DNA of 61,095 nucleotides, the filler included, from Squatina squatina (Eukaryota), in assembly GCA_031763465.1 (NCBI GenBank). It is 4 parts of 4 records of this genome, joined end to end, with 100 filler letters (N's around TTAATTAATTAA, not from the genome) between each part and the next. Parts side by side here need not be neighbours in the genome. Positions count along the whole stretch, not along the records: positions 1 to 14,854 come from JARFOE010000168.1; 3 more parts are not named here. One strand, 5' to 3'. Positions 1 to 12,500 of this stretch are shown here, in pieces. A model generated the notes under the pieces. That model saw only the letters and a list, made by a program, of their open reading frames with translations. It was not told where the DNA came from and ran no database searches. Within the stretch, counting starts at the first letter, position 1, and each line of letters starts with the position of its first letter. A program made the position numbers and the translations under genes.

Positions 1-855
1 ACAAACGGATATTGGCATAGTTAACTCTATGCTAGAAGTGGCTAATAGCCAAGAGTTTCTAGACAAAAATCAGAGAATCATTCGATGACCGGAAGCTATT
101 CAATGAATCTAATGCACTCAGGGTTAAGATGGCACTATAAACTCCAAAGCCAAGCTCAAGCGTCTTAAAATAGTCAACCAAGCCATTTAAGACACCTTCC
201 AAACATGCTTTCTGGCACTTGACGTGTTCTTTCTGTTCCCGGTCTCAGTTTTTCCAATCAGGTTCCTATTTTCCATTCTTACCGATCTGTCCTCACCACC
301 AGTATTATGACCGCCAAGTGCTGCCTATTGCTACATCATATAACGGGGAGCTACTGAAAAAAATGCTTCCTCGTTTAACAAAGAAATAATGTCCTACTAA
401 AACACAGGTTAGGTTTTCTCAGGATACAGTATCTATCGGCTATGCCATTACTGTGGAAAATATAGCAAATTAAGGGGGTCAGGTATCACTAAAATGCTTA
501 TAACCATATATTAAAAGCGTAGAAACTGGGGTGGCAAAGCCCAGCGCAACAGCAACAGAGGTCCCCACAGGAGCGAGGAACACAGGTTTGATCATCTGTG
601 CCACTGAGTTACTGATCTCAGCTGTGGAGAGACACTAGGCCTGAGGAGGCAAACACAGGGCGGATGGTGCTCCCTGTGCTGTTGTTAACCTCATTAACCT
701 CTGATGATGAGCACAGCTCAACTTAGACTGGTCATACTACACATCTGTGTGTCACAGAATAGTGATGCCCAAATAAGGAGTGCGCAAGTTTATCAAGTTT
801 AAAATAATAGTTATTTTTTAAACAGATAATAAAAGTGAACATTTGATAAACAAAC

Positions 856-1143
856 CATCCTCCTTCAAAGTGACTGTTACAGGAAGGGATACTGCGGCTG
901 ACTGACTCTCTCTTCCACCGGTCTCTCCGTGCAGGTCCAAGGAGCGGGATGCCTTATTATTCTCATCATCTTGGATGGCAGGACCCAGCAGAATTTTCAC
1001 ATCATTGCCGTGTCTCAAACACTCAGGTTTCTTCCTTCTAAACTTCTGCATATTTCCCAAAACTCGTTCTTTCACACCCAGGCCTTTGTTGACAGTTTTC
1101 TTCTCAACTGCTGAACGACTGATGCTGTTGATCCATGTACTGC
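856..1143 (-). CDS. Candidate internal coding exon, product unidentified
   Basis: Acceptor ccctccttatttcag|G at 1143 and possible donor G|gtttgt at 856. 288 nt, phase 1-1, stop-free in the 818..1192 ORF frame (GSTWINSISR...VTLKED). No recognisable domain. Confidence 0.3.
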
Positions 1144-1460
1144 CTGAAATAAGGAGGGCCACATTTAACAGACAAGCGATCACTACTGGCACACAACTAA
1201 ATTCTTAGCATTGTACTTTCTCAAAGTCGATCAGTTTAACAAACCTTCCTCCCTGGGGATGATCAGTATTGGAATGCCACAGGATTTGGTGCAACAAACA
1301 ATCTAGACATTAACGGGAGTCAAATTCAGCTCACATTTTTTTTTAATCTGTGAGGATAGTNNNNNNNNNNNNNNNNNNNNNNNNNNNNNNNNNNNNNNNN
1401 NNNNNNNNNNNNNNNNNNNNNNNNNNNNNNNNNNNNNNNNNNNNNNNNNNNNNNNNNNNN

Positions 1461-1700
1461 GTCTCTATATCAGGGAGACCAAACTCAGATTAGATGATCG
1501 CTTTGCTGAACACAAGTGTGACCCTGAGCCCCCGGCACTTACGATTTCAATTCTCCACCCCTCTCCCACTCTGAACTCTCTGTCTTTGGCCTTCTACACT
1601 GTTTCAACGTACAGCTCGAGGAACAGCACCTTATCTTTCTACTCGCCACTTTGCATACCACTGGCCTTAATTTTGACCGCAACAACTTCAGAACTTAACT
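1461..1700 (+). mobile_element. Penelope-like retroelement fragment (GIY-YIG endonuclease C-terminus)
   Basis: Decayed translation LYIRETKLRLDDRFAEH...LEEQHLIFLLATL...NNFR matches the GIY-YIG endonuclease end of Penelope elements. Confidence 0.8.
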
Positions 1701-2364
1701 AAAACTCCCGTTTGCTCTCTGACAGTCAGTGCCAGCAATGTGGGAGGGGTGTGCCGATGTTTCTGGGGATATGGGGAGGGTTGGTACTTGGGGTGGCTGC
1801 CTTTATCAGAACGTTATTGGTGGGTGATCTGCACCTGACTTTTCCTTGTCTTCCTTCCTCCACCAGACTCCAGGGCCACTGGAGCCTGCTTCACCTTGCC
1901 AGTTTCTCATGATTCACCTTTCTACCGACCCTCCCTTTAGCAACGCACACATTCTCTCAGGGAGAAATGGGCATTCTCATCAAAGGCCTCCTCTGGTCCC
2001 TTTAGAAACTGCTGGTAGAGCCTCAGTAGACCTGGAATAGCTGAGCAGAGTTTGCATAGCACAGACTCCATCCAGTACCTGCTGAATTGGGAACAGGGTC
2101 CTTAAAAGGTCCCTTTAGGTCCCTGATTAGCATCTTCAAGGAGGGACATTTCTGGGGTGCTAAATTAATATTCAGGGAATGAATTCCCGATGTTGGAATT
2201 CTATTTCCGATCCTCAGAAGTGCGCCGGCTGCCATATTGAAAGCTAATGCCTTCCTAGTCTCCAGGCTGCCTATCTGAAACAGGCGTTGGCCCCTTGAAT
2301 AGGGGAGGGCCACCGGTCATCCAGACACTGGGCCACCGGGGATGCTTGAACTGTAAAAACACGA

Positions 2365-2903
2365 GTTACGTCACAGCTAGGGGACTGTGCACAGTTCTGG
2401 TCACCACATTACAGGAAAGATGCGATTGCACTGGAGAATGTCGCCAGGACTGGAGAATTTCAGCTATGCGAAAAGATTGGAAAGACTGGGGTTGTTTTCT
2501 TTGGAACAGAGGAGGCTGAGGGAAGATTTAGTTGGAGTGTATAAAATTATGAGCGGTCTAGAGAGAGAGGATAGGAAGGACCTCTTTCCCTTAGCAGAGA
2601 GGTCAATAACCAGGGGACATCAACTTAAAGTAATTGGTCAAAGGATTGGAGGGGAGTTGAGGAGAACTTTTTTCACCCAGAGGGTGGTGGGGGCCTGGAA
2701 CTCACTGCCTGAAAGGGTGGTAGAGGCAGAAACCCTCAGAGCATTTAAAAAGTACCTGGATATGCACTTGAAGTGCCGTAACCTACAGGGCTACGGACCA
2801 AGAGCTGGAACGTGGGATTAGGCTGGATCGCTCTTTTTCAGCCGGCACGGACACGATGGGCTGAATGGCCTCCTTCTGTGCCGTAAATTTCTCTGATTCT
2901 ATG
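2365..2903 (+). mobile_element. CR1 LINE 3' end
   Basis: ORF 2387-2821 contains RLERLGLFSLEQRRLREDL...FFTQRVVGAWNSLP. The 3' UTR has gggctgaatggcctccttctg and an (attctatg)-type tail. Confidence 0.92.
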
Positions 2904-3764
2904 TCATCACCGTGCACTGCATTCCTCAGTAACTAACTCCTCCAAACTAATTTCCTGTGATGATACCATCGCTGCTGATAAGGGTCTTAACACAAATATC
3001 CAAAAATAAATCAACAGAAAGAGAGGGCAAAAAAACAAAAGGACGTTAAAAGTTCATCACATTTCTTTTTCAATGTTAGGAGGTGTGAAGCTGCATTGCG
3101 TGATTTTTTAAAAAAATAATGAAATCAAAACTTTAGAATTTAGAATGCATCTGCCTCTTTGAAAACACTTTTAAAAATGGAGCCCCGTGTCTTTGGGACC
3201 GATTTAGGGCTTACAGGCTGTTTTTCAGAATTCCGACAGGATTTTTACTGTCTTGCAGGATTTTGTAGGATTTTGTAGACATGTGTGTAATCATGTAGGA
3301 TTTGTGGTCGAGGTTTTGGGGCCTTGCTTAGCATCCTCGAAGCCTGAAACCTTCATCAAATTATTGACCTCCTGTTTGGACAGCTCGTTTCCTAGGTGAT
3401 CGAGAGCTGGTCAGGTTATAGGGAGGCCTTGGGTTACGTCTCAGCCTTGGGTCAGGAACAAAGCAGACAGGTTGGGCAGGCCATCACTTAAGGAGGCTCT
3501 TGAACACGATACAATTCAAGCTGGTTTTGATTGTAATATATAGCTGCTATTTTTATAGCATTACTTTGTGTAAACAGCCTGCAGAATCCCAGTAGCAAAG
3601 CTTTGTGTTGAAACAGTGGTTGAAACAATGCAACATGACATGGAGAGTTAACACCCACACGGAATGATTGGAATGTTTTTCTGGGTAAACCTGACAGGCT
3701 ACTGTTGATGAATAGGTCCCGTGACCATGTATAATAGCTCCTTTGATGACTCAATGGATAAGTA

Positions 3765-3945
3765 TCCCTCGTAGCGCGTTACTGAACCGTCGGGCCCAGG
3801 TAGGCCTCAGGCTTGGTTCCCCTCTCTGAGCTCAGTGTGCTGACCTCGGCTGTGCCTGCGGTAGGGGGCGTTACAATTGGACTTGATATAACTGAGAATG
3901 CAGGGGAAAAGTTGGCCAGCTGAATGCTATCCATTGACCACTACT
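3765..3945 (+). mobile_element. Old tRNA-derived SINE fragment (UCON3-like family; name tentative)
   Basis: Shares motifs (ctgagctcag/ctgacctc...ggtagggg...tacaattgg...gggaaaa...gctatcca) with copies at 5060, 5470, 11920, 41545 and 58605. Confidence 0.5.
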
Positions 3946-3949
3946 AGAG

Positions 3950-4416
3950 GGAAAGAAGAAAAGAAAGGCCTGCATTTCTATAGTGCCTTTCACAACCTTC
4001 GGGCATCCCAAACTGCATTACAACCAACAAAGTACGTTTCGAAGTGCAGTCACTGTTGTAATGTAGGAAACGCGGCAGCCAAGTTGCACACAGCAAGCTC
4101 CCACAAACAGCAATGTGATAACGATCAGATAATACTTTTTAGTGATTGAGGGATAAATACTGGCTAGAACACCAGGGTTAACTCCCCTGCTCTTCTTCGA
4201 AATAGTGCCACGAGATCTTTTACGTCCACCTGAGAGGGCAGACGAGGCCTTGGTTTAACGTCTCATCCGAAAGACAACAACTCCGACAGTGCAGCACTCC
4301 CTCAGCACTGCATTGGAGTGTCAGTCTGGATTTTGTGTTCAAGTCTCTGGAGTGGCACTTGAACCCATTACCTTCTGACTCAGAGGTGAGAGTGCTACTC
4401 ACTGAACCATGGCTGA
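3950..4416 (-). mobile_element. Near full-length SacSINE1-like DeuSINE
   Basis: Minus-strand tRNA-like head tcagccatggttcagtgagtagc...gggttcaagt, Deu core (gatgagacgttaaaccaaggcc) and tail ...tatagaaatgcag. Confidence 0.88.
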
Positions 4417-5059
4417 TACCTTAAGGGAATCCATGTCCTGTAAATGAAAGGACAGTGAGCTAAATCACTTCCACACCCACTCCGACCCCTGCCATAGACT
4501 CATGTTGTGTATTTTTGGTTTGTGTTTTGATTGGACTCATCATTGATTAGGATGTGACAGAAGATTTGCCAATTACTGGTTTTATTAGCAGTTAATAGAG
4601 ATCTTGACCCAGACATACAATTCTTGTAGGTTCTTGTATTTATTGGGATTTAGCCTCGCTAATAACAGAACAGGATGGCAACAGTCCAAGGGGTTAATAG
4701 GAAAAGGGTTTGTGATATTTCTCAATTGGTTACAGAAATAAGTTCTCAAAGGTTGTAACATCAAATTTAATGGCTTGGCAATCTCAAGGCTTCCCCCACA
4801 GGGCTCCAGGGATCAGTCTTGCTGTGCAAAGTGTAGAGGACAGAGTGTAGAAAATTTCAGTCACTCTCTCACAGTGCCTGTCCTCTTTATTTTCAATTTC
4901 TTAATGCGCTTTTCCTTGAGCCTCACTCAGCTTGCCAGTCTCCGACTGTGTCTCCAGTTAAAATTCTACATTAAGTACCTATAACCGTTTAAAGAAATGA
5001 AATTATACAAAGCATTTTAAAATAAAAACAGTGAAGCTTCAGTGAGTGATGTGTCACAG

Positions 5060-5430
5060 AGATCAGGAGAATCTCGGGTTCGATTCCTTTACCTGGACTA
5101 CCCTTGTCTCGGGTGGCAATGGGCTTGCTATAACTGGGTGTGTCAGTCCGAGCGAAGGGGAGAGGCGGGGAAATCGGGCGGGCTTTCCTCTCCCAGTTAC
5201 TATCCAGTGAGTCCCTGCTGGAAATTCCTTGTGTGGACGCTGGGTCAGTTCAGGATTCAGCTTGGCTGCGATGCCACTCGTGGNNNNNNNNNNNNNNNNN
5301 NNNNNNNNNNNNNNNNNNNNNNNNNNNNNNNNNNNNNNNNNNNNNNNNNNNNNNNNNNNNNNNNNNNNNNNNNNNNNNNNNNNACTCGTGGTAGAATGGC
5401 CCACGGACACTCACTGTCTTAACTCACCCG
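5060..5430 (+). mobile_element. UCON3-like tRNA-SINE copy (interrupted by a gap)
   Basis: B-box-like gggttcgattcc followed by the family motifs tatccagtgagtccctgctggaaa and cttggctgcgatgcc. Confidence 0.55.
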
Positions 5431-5469
5431 TGAAGGATCTTCGAGGGTCAGCAGGCTGTTTGATCATGT

Positions 5470-6050
5470 ACGGCAGCACACCTGAGCTTAATCCTATCCT
5501 CACCTGACACACAGACTCGCTGCACACATACACACGCATGCAGGCACACACACACTTGCAGCACACACATGCAGACATACACACATGCATGCAACACATA
5601 TATGTACGCTGCGCACGCATATGCCTATATACATGCACACACACATGCGTGCACACATATGCAGGCAGCACACACATGTACGCTGCAGACACACATGGAT
5701 GCAGCACATACATGTATGCTGCCCACATACGCAGACACACGCACATGCATGTACACATATACAACACACATGTACGCTGCGCATACACATGCTCATATAC
5801 ATGCATACACACATGCATGCACCCACATGTATGCAGCACACAGATGTATGCTACACATGCATGCGCACATGCTCATATACACGTGCACATGCTCACACAC
5901 CTATGCATGCACACACATGCGTGTGCACACACTTCAGCAGGAGTAGGGAGGCCTGGCTGATTTTCCCTCCCTTGCCCAGGGGCACTGATACCAGTTGCAT
6001 TGTCCTCTAGTTGTATCCCAGCTGAGGTCAGATAACTTGGCCCTGGGGGG
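5470..6050 (-). mobile_element. UCON3-like tRNA-SINE copy split by an internal simple-repeat expansion
   Basis: Left part ctgagcttaatcctatcctcacctgac and right part cagcagg...ctggctgattttccctcccttgcccaggggcactga are collinear with the other minus-strand copies. Confidence 0.55.
5505..5932. repeat. Degenerate alternating purine-pyrimidine (CA/TG/TA/CG) simple repeat
   Basis: About 430 bp of cacacatgcatgcacatatatgtacgc-type sequence. It explains the overlapping His/Thr/Cys/Val-rich ORFs. Confidence 0.9.
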
Positions 6051-8457
6051 GTTGGGGGGGGGTGGGGCGCTGTTGAGCTTGTGATAACCTCAGCGCAATC
6101 AAAGTAATGACACACAAGTAGCTCTTCTTTATAATCATCTGCACATCACACAGTCTTGGTTATAAGTTATTTCTAAGAATATTTTTCTATCATAATCTTC
6201 CTCCCCCACTCCGAAAATACTGCAGAGCTCTCGGTGTTGGTGGAATCTGATGCAATGAGATCCGGGCTGCAGTGCTGCATAGGCCCATTTCTTTGCAATG
6301 AGATCTGTTCAGCTTTCGTTTGTATTTGTAAATCAGATTAATTGCAAATAGATGTTTTCCAAATGACTGTAACTAGAAAATATAGTGCTTCGACTTCCAA
6401 GACTATGAAGCATATATTGGTCAGGACACAGTAGCATTGACAATTATGAGCTTATCAGCATAATGGGCATCTGCACCATTCATTTTCCTGTTGCTAATCA
6501 TTGGCCTTGTTTGGAACTCGCTCAAAGAATTCTGTTTTGCTCTGACAGTTGTGGATCTTTCTGTGCAGTTACTGCTGTGTTTGCCCGCATTCCCCGCGAA
6601 CACACTCCAAAAAGGATTTCATTGGCTGTAAAGGTGCTATAAAAATGCAAGATATTTCTTTTGTTTTTAACCTAACCTTGCACTTCAAAGCATTCTGAGA
6701 CATTTCTAAGAGATGTGCCGGGTTGCTAGGGGTGATCCTGCGATCTCAGTGGAGAAGGGATGTTCACAGAGAGTGCAGGACAGAGCCAATCCTCCATCCC
6801 CTCTGAGGAAATGTGGAATCACCCAAGCTCTGCTTCTGTCTCTTTTTTACTGACTTTCACACATCACTGAATCGAACTTTCCAACTGCATGAGTGAGAAC
6901 AAGCCAGGAGCCACGTCCTTGTCACAGAGTCACGCCGAGTCAAGCATAAGATAAGGGATAGGTTGCTACACGCTCACATCCGAATGGGACTGAGGGGAAC
7001 AATTGGAATGATTCTCACTGAAGCAGAAACATGTTGGAGCTTGTGGTAATCAGGACGGTGAATCAGAGATGTAGAAGTCTTAATACAAAGGTCAGGATTT
7101 CTGCTCCAATACTCCTGCAATATCTCTCCAACTGTGTGGCAGACCCAGAGCTTTGTACAGTACCACCATCCGGTCTCAGCAGCAATTTATGCATTTTCTT
7201 TATGCCTGTATTCTAATTCTGCATTTATAATTTTCTTTTTGTTATAAACATCACATCTATATTTACTCACATGTTACATAAAAAGCAGCAAATGTGCTTC
7301 ACACAAGATCTGGCTGACAAGACTGTAATTATATTTTGATCATATTTTCATTAAAGTGTCATTCCAAAACCCAGCACACAGTCGACGCAACCAGTCCAAC
7401 AACCAAAATCATTTGGAGATCATCAGGAAGAAAATCTGCTGATGAAGAATATATGAAGCTGCNNNNNNNNNNNNNNNNNNNNNNNNNNNNNNNNNNNNNN
7501 NNNNNNNNNNNNNNNNNNNNNNNNNNNNNNNNNNNNNNNNNNNNNNNNNNNNNNNNNNNNNNGGTGGAGTGGGAGGGGGAAATCTGCCCTGGCTTCTTGC
7601 CTTGTATCAGTTTGTTAGTGATGTTGCCTGGAGAGCCAGATTGTTTGTGATTCTTTTCTTTTGGGGAGGAGGCACATGGTAGGGCAATGAAAGCTGGAGA
7701 GAAATAAACAACCTGAAACCAGTGAAGTTTTCTGACAATAATTTGAAGTTACTGGTATTATTTGTAAATAACCAACAAACGCCTGCAGTGTGGAGTTAAA
7801 TACACCTGGAAGTAAGCCACTTGTAGCAGTAATTATGATCATTAATTTATCACATAGAGTCCAGGAGTGAGCGAGAGGTAAGCTCTGAGTGGGTGGAGCA
7901 GGTAAGAGGAAGAGTAATGAGAGTATGCTTAAAATCACAGCTTACATTATGAACACAAAATGCAGTGTTCTGTGCACTGTTAATAAAATGGTTCCACTAA
8001 ATTACGGAAGAAAAATAGCTCTGCATCTTTATGTTCAATTAAAAATGCAACAGAATGTGTTATGTTGTTTTTCTTTTTGCCCTGATGCATTCATCATTCT
8101 GGAATATCAAAACATAAAATCCATTGCTATATAATTCATAGTTTAATGTCACAATTGAGCCAGTTCAATGTCATCCATTTTTCCTTCAACATAATCAAGC
8201 TCGTCACAACTGATCTGAATTTCTTAAGTAGCAGAATCTGTGGCTTGCCAAGATAGAAATAATTTTGTTGCAAATACTGTACAGTATATTATCCAGTGAA
8301 TTAATTAACTTGAAAATACTGTTGTACTGTCTGAGTAAAGTGTCTAATTGCTCATTTATTTTGTACGGTTATCATTTCCTTTCCCCTCTGACAATGCCTC
8401 AGCCTTATTTATTTTTCTTTTGATTGCGTTTCCTTTTTGTTTTGCCTGACAGTGCAG

Positions 8458-8469
8458 TCCTGTTGCAAG
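8458..8469 (+). other. Candidate micro-exon (12 nt, or 17 nt from 8453)
   Basis: Long pyrimidine tract 8405-8448, tandem acceptors ctgacAG (8452) and tgcAG (8457), consensus donor AAG|GTGAGT at 8470. Confidence 0.4.
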
Positions 8470-8917
8470 GTGAGTGACACTTGAGGAACCACTAGTTCCT
8501 TTTTGAAGGAAAATAAAAAGGGATCCTTCACTGCAGGAATAAGGAAAGTGTTTGTTAAAACCACTTTTTGCAGTTAGGTGAAACACTTGATACCATCTCC
8601 AATCCCAGATTTGTCTATTAGTAAGAGGCAAGTGAGCAGTAAAACTACCAGGAGCTCCTTGGTAGTTTAGTTCTAAGCAAGTACTGCGTTAATGTGTATG
8701 AGCCCTGCCTTCATCTCAATTTTAAATATAAATGAGTACACTTTATAAATAAAACATTAAATACTAACAAGTACAGTACAAGACCACTTGGTACCAGCTA
8801 GTTCCTGTTGGACCGTCTCGACGATTTTACTTTTCTTTTATTTTGATGAATGTTTGGCTCACCAAGGTGAGAGATGTTAGCACTGGGAGACTGGAATACT
8901 TTCTCGTGTCGGGCATC

Positions 8918-8985
8918 ATAGAATCATAGAATAGTGCAGCACAGAAGGAGGCCTTCAGCCAATCGAATCTGTGCCAGCTCTTTGC
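8918..8985 (-). mobile_element. CR1/SINE 3' tail fragment
   Basis: catagaatcatagaat...cagcacagaaggaggcc is the reverse complement of the CR1 3' terminus. Confidence 0.7.
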
Positions 8986-9439
8986 TCATATCACTGCACT
9001 AGACTCCTCCAGATTAGGTGTAGAAACNNNNNNNNNNNNNNNNNNNNNNNNNNNNNNNNNNNNNNNNNNNNNNNNNNNNNNNNNNNNNNNNNNNNNNNNN
9101 NNNNNNNNNNNNNNNNNNNNNNNNNNNACGTTAGAGGAATGATGGAGCCCGAGGATTAATTTATTTTATAACAAAGTCAAGTGTATAATTTATTGTATAA
9201 TTATGTTTAGTGTTTAATGAATTAATCAGAACTAGTGGGATAGAATTAAAATGAAATAAACAGAGGATACTAATATTGAAGCTTTCTGAATTTTTAATAA
9301 ATTAAAATCTGACATACATTTTTTCATAAATAAGAGTTAAGTAAATAATAAAATAAAGGAACTAATAAACAAAAGGAGCAGAGTAAAAGAGCAGGAACCC
9401 GAGCAGTTTAATAAGAAATCTGTAATTTTAATTTTAATT

Positions 9440-9665
9440 AAATAAATTGATAAACATAACACGGATATGTCGAGCTGGCAGTGCAGGAGCTGTCCCTCAA
9501 CTGCAGTGGGAGTTTGTGGAGAGCATTGCGATCCCAGGTGACCACGTACTAAATGTCAGCATCTCGAGGAACTTCAGCTCAGAGTTGTTGAGCTGGAGTC
9601 ATAGGTGCAGACATTACGTGGCATCAGGGAGGGGAAGAGTTATCTGGACACTTTGATTCAGGAGG
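9440..9665 (+). mobile_element. CR1 ORF1 (zinc-finger/leucine-zipper) remnant
   Basis: Frameshifted translation WEFVESIAIPGDHV / CQHLEELQLRVVELES / QTLRGIREGKSYLDTLIQE. Confidence 0.7.
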
Positions 9666-9849
9666 NNNNNNNNNNNNNNNNNNNNNNNNNNNNNNNNNNN
9701 NNNNNNNNNNNNNNNNNNNNNNNNNNNNNNNNNNNNNNNNNNNNNNNNNNNNNNNNNNNNNNNNNGCTTGAGTTCTGGAGTGATGCGAGAGGACTGGAAG
9801 GCAGTGAATGATTTTGATTTTTTTTTTTTTTAAAATTTATGGCCAAAGT

Positions 9850-11100
9850 GAAAGTCAGATGAATGAACAAGTTAATTATAGGCCTGTTAACCTGACATCT
9901 ATAATGGGAAAAGCAGTGGAGTCCATTATTGAACTGCTAATTCGAGAACATCTACTGAGAGTAAGTGTGATAAATCCAAATCAGTGTACTTATGAAGGGC
10001 AGACAGTGGCTGACAATTTTTTTTGGAATTGGCTGAGGCTGCAACTGTGGACCAGGGGAAGTGGTGCCTTTGATGAGGTATCTTACAGGCGAATTCTAGC
10101 AACCGTGAAGATAATGAGATCCCAAATAAGTTAGGTAGGTAACAGTAAAGTACAGTTGTAGTCGCACGTTGGCAGCTGTGCACAGGGCAATTCCCCTAAG
10201 GGATTGGCCGTCGGGCCGGTGTTCAACAGGGAAAGAACTGGAGTAGGTGCCAAGTCTTTTCAAAGATTTGAATAGCACAGGACCTTGTGTGAAAATGGTG
10301 AAATCCAGATCTTCTCACTGATGAACGCGATAAAAGAGAAACCGAAAATATTTTCTGCTTATTTAAGGTGAGAGAAAGAAAGAACTTGCATTTCTATAGC
10401 ATCTTTCACATCCTCAGTATCCCAAAGCGTTTCATGACCAATGAAGTACTTTTGAAGCGTAGTCACTGTTGTAATGTAGAAAACGCGGCGGCCTATTTGT
10501 GCACAGCAAGCTCCCACAAACAGCAATGAGAGAATAACTGGATAATCTGTTTGTGATGTTGATTGGGCACAGTAAGTAGTGTCTGAGTTTCCAGGCAACA
10601 CAAATTGTGAAAACTAAGAGGGTTTAAAGATAGTAACTGAGGCTGCAATGAATGGTGTCTCTTTAGAGATGACGCTTTGGGTGTATATGTTGACAAAACA
10701 TTGAAAGTTTCAACAGATTGCATGGCAGCAGTTTCCAAGGCATGCACACTGTTACAGTGCAAACTAAGCAGGTGGTATGTATATTCTGTGAAGAGTATAT
10801 TGCCTGGGTTTCGCTACTCTACAGACACACAAGGCTCAAACAACAGCAATAAGGATGATACGGGTCTTGTATCAATGATCCATGAAGGGTGGATGAGGCT
10901 GCTAGTCTTAATTCTTTTGCGGCAGTACTTTGGGGGTGGGGGAGATTAATAAAAATGATAAAGGGAGGTTGGTAGTGGAGATGTGTAAAATTTGCACTGA
11001 ATGAAGCGATGTGATTAGAGCAAACCTTGCGAAAAATGTAACTTCAACCACTTCACCCTTGTGAATTCATGGAGTAGATTGCCACCTTATGCAGTGAGCA
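9850..11100 (+). mobile_element. Highly decayed CR1 reverse-transcriptase remnants, interrupted by a SINE
   Basis: NYRPVNLTSIMGKAVESII motif, later GVYVDKTLK...C..A.SKA and a WNRLP-like 3' end. Confidence 0.65.
10372..10570 (-). mobile_element. SacSINE1-like SINE 3' fragment
   Basis: gaaagaaagaacttgcatttctatagc...gtcactgttgtaatgtag...ctcccacaaacagcaatg matches the copy at 3950. Confidence 0.85.
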
Positions 11101-11919
11101 GAGCTGGCAGCACTGCCAAATCCTGGGTGGGAGATTTTCATCATGAGCTGCATACCTGGTGCCAACTCCTGTCATAAAGCAGACATGGTTAAAATCAACA
11201 AGGCGTGCCCCACCCATGGGCCATCGCTAAGTGGCATTAATACTCATGCCCTCCCTCCCTCTTCCCCCACCACCACCCCGCCCACCCCCCCTCTCCGCTT
11301 TCCACTTTTTTTTCTATTTTCTCAGCCATTCTGGCTGTAGGATTTGTGAATATTTTCCTCTCCTGAGGAAATGCTGTGGAGGTGGGGCTGTCCATTCATC
11401 CACAGCAGCAGTCAAAGGAAGAACATGTATTTTAGAATGCCTTATCATGTCTCAGAAATAACCATGTGCTTCACAGAATGAACTGGATTGATCAGTTTCT
11501 GCTGTGTGGATGAATGTGGCAAACATTTTGTTCACAACAGAGCCCTACCTGCAACAGGGACCAGTTCATGTGATTTATAAGACCATAAGAAGTAGAAGCA
11601 GGAGTAGGCCNNNNNNNNNNNNNNNNNNNNNNNNNNNNNNNNNNNNNNNNNNNNNNNNNNNNNNNNNNNNNNNNNNNNNNNNNNNNNNNNNNNNNNNNNN
11701 NNNNNNNNNNCATAACTGCACAACATAAATAATTTATTAAAAATTGAGACTTAATATAAATGATGGATAGCAGGGTCTGATCTCATGGCTATAATATCGT
11801 AATCTAAATAATAGGTTCTAACCTCTTGAAATACTCTCTTGGGTGTACATCAGCAATGCCCTTAATTAACTTTGGTGCCTTTGGAGTTGCTCGCAGGCAC
11901 CAGTGACTCTGGTAACTTG

Positions 11920-12500
11920 CCATTAACATGTGAACATGGACCATGCTGGTTGGCAGAGTGTTTGACTGGATAGCATCACAGCCGAGACTCATCCTATACT
12001 CAGCAGGTGATCGCTGGATGGGAATCGACAGCTGCAACCCGAACTGCTTTTTTTCCCCCGCTACTCTTTCCCGTCATAGCTGAGGGCACTGAGGCAAATA
12101 ACATTGTACCAGCTGCTGCTCTGTCAGAGGTCAGCTAATTCAGTGCAGGCTGTGGTTTGAAGTAGGAATCTTCCATATGGCTTGGTACCATGCCGTGCTG
12201 TGCATCTGCCAACCGAGACAGAGGGGCGATTTAGGAGACCTTGCGTCAGTGTCCTATGAATTAATTTTGTGAACAATATTAAAAACAAAATGGTTTTGGG
12301 CCTGAAATAGTGCCACGGTTCACACATTGTCACAGCTGAGCCCGACCCCGTTCTATCCTGACTTCCACTCTTCATGCACTTTAAAACAGGAGTCACTGGA
12401 TAGGAGATCAGGAGCAGGAGCCCCCAGCTGCTTTTTGTTCTCTGTAACCTTGGTATAAGACCAGTTATTGTGACACAACTGATCTTTGTGTTAAGCAGTG
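11920..12500 (-). mobile_element. Two tandem UCON3-like SINE remnants
   Basis: gcatcacagccgag...gggcactgaggc...tcagctaattcag (11970-12200) and gtcacagctgagcccg...gtcactggataggagatcaggagcagg (12328-12420). Confidence 0.5.

Noticed and set aside
5411-6115. Several overlapping His/Thr/Cys/Val-rich ORFs
   Set aside because: They are translations of the RY simple repeat and are open in most frames on both strands.
7355-7462. Possible terminal exon on the + strand
   Set aside because: Weak AAG acceptor, three equally unrecognisable frames, and it runs into a gap.
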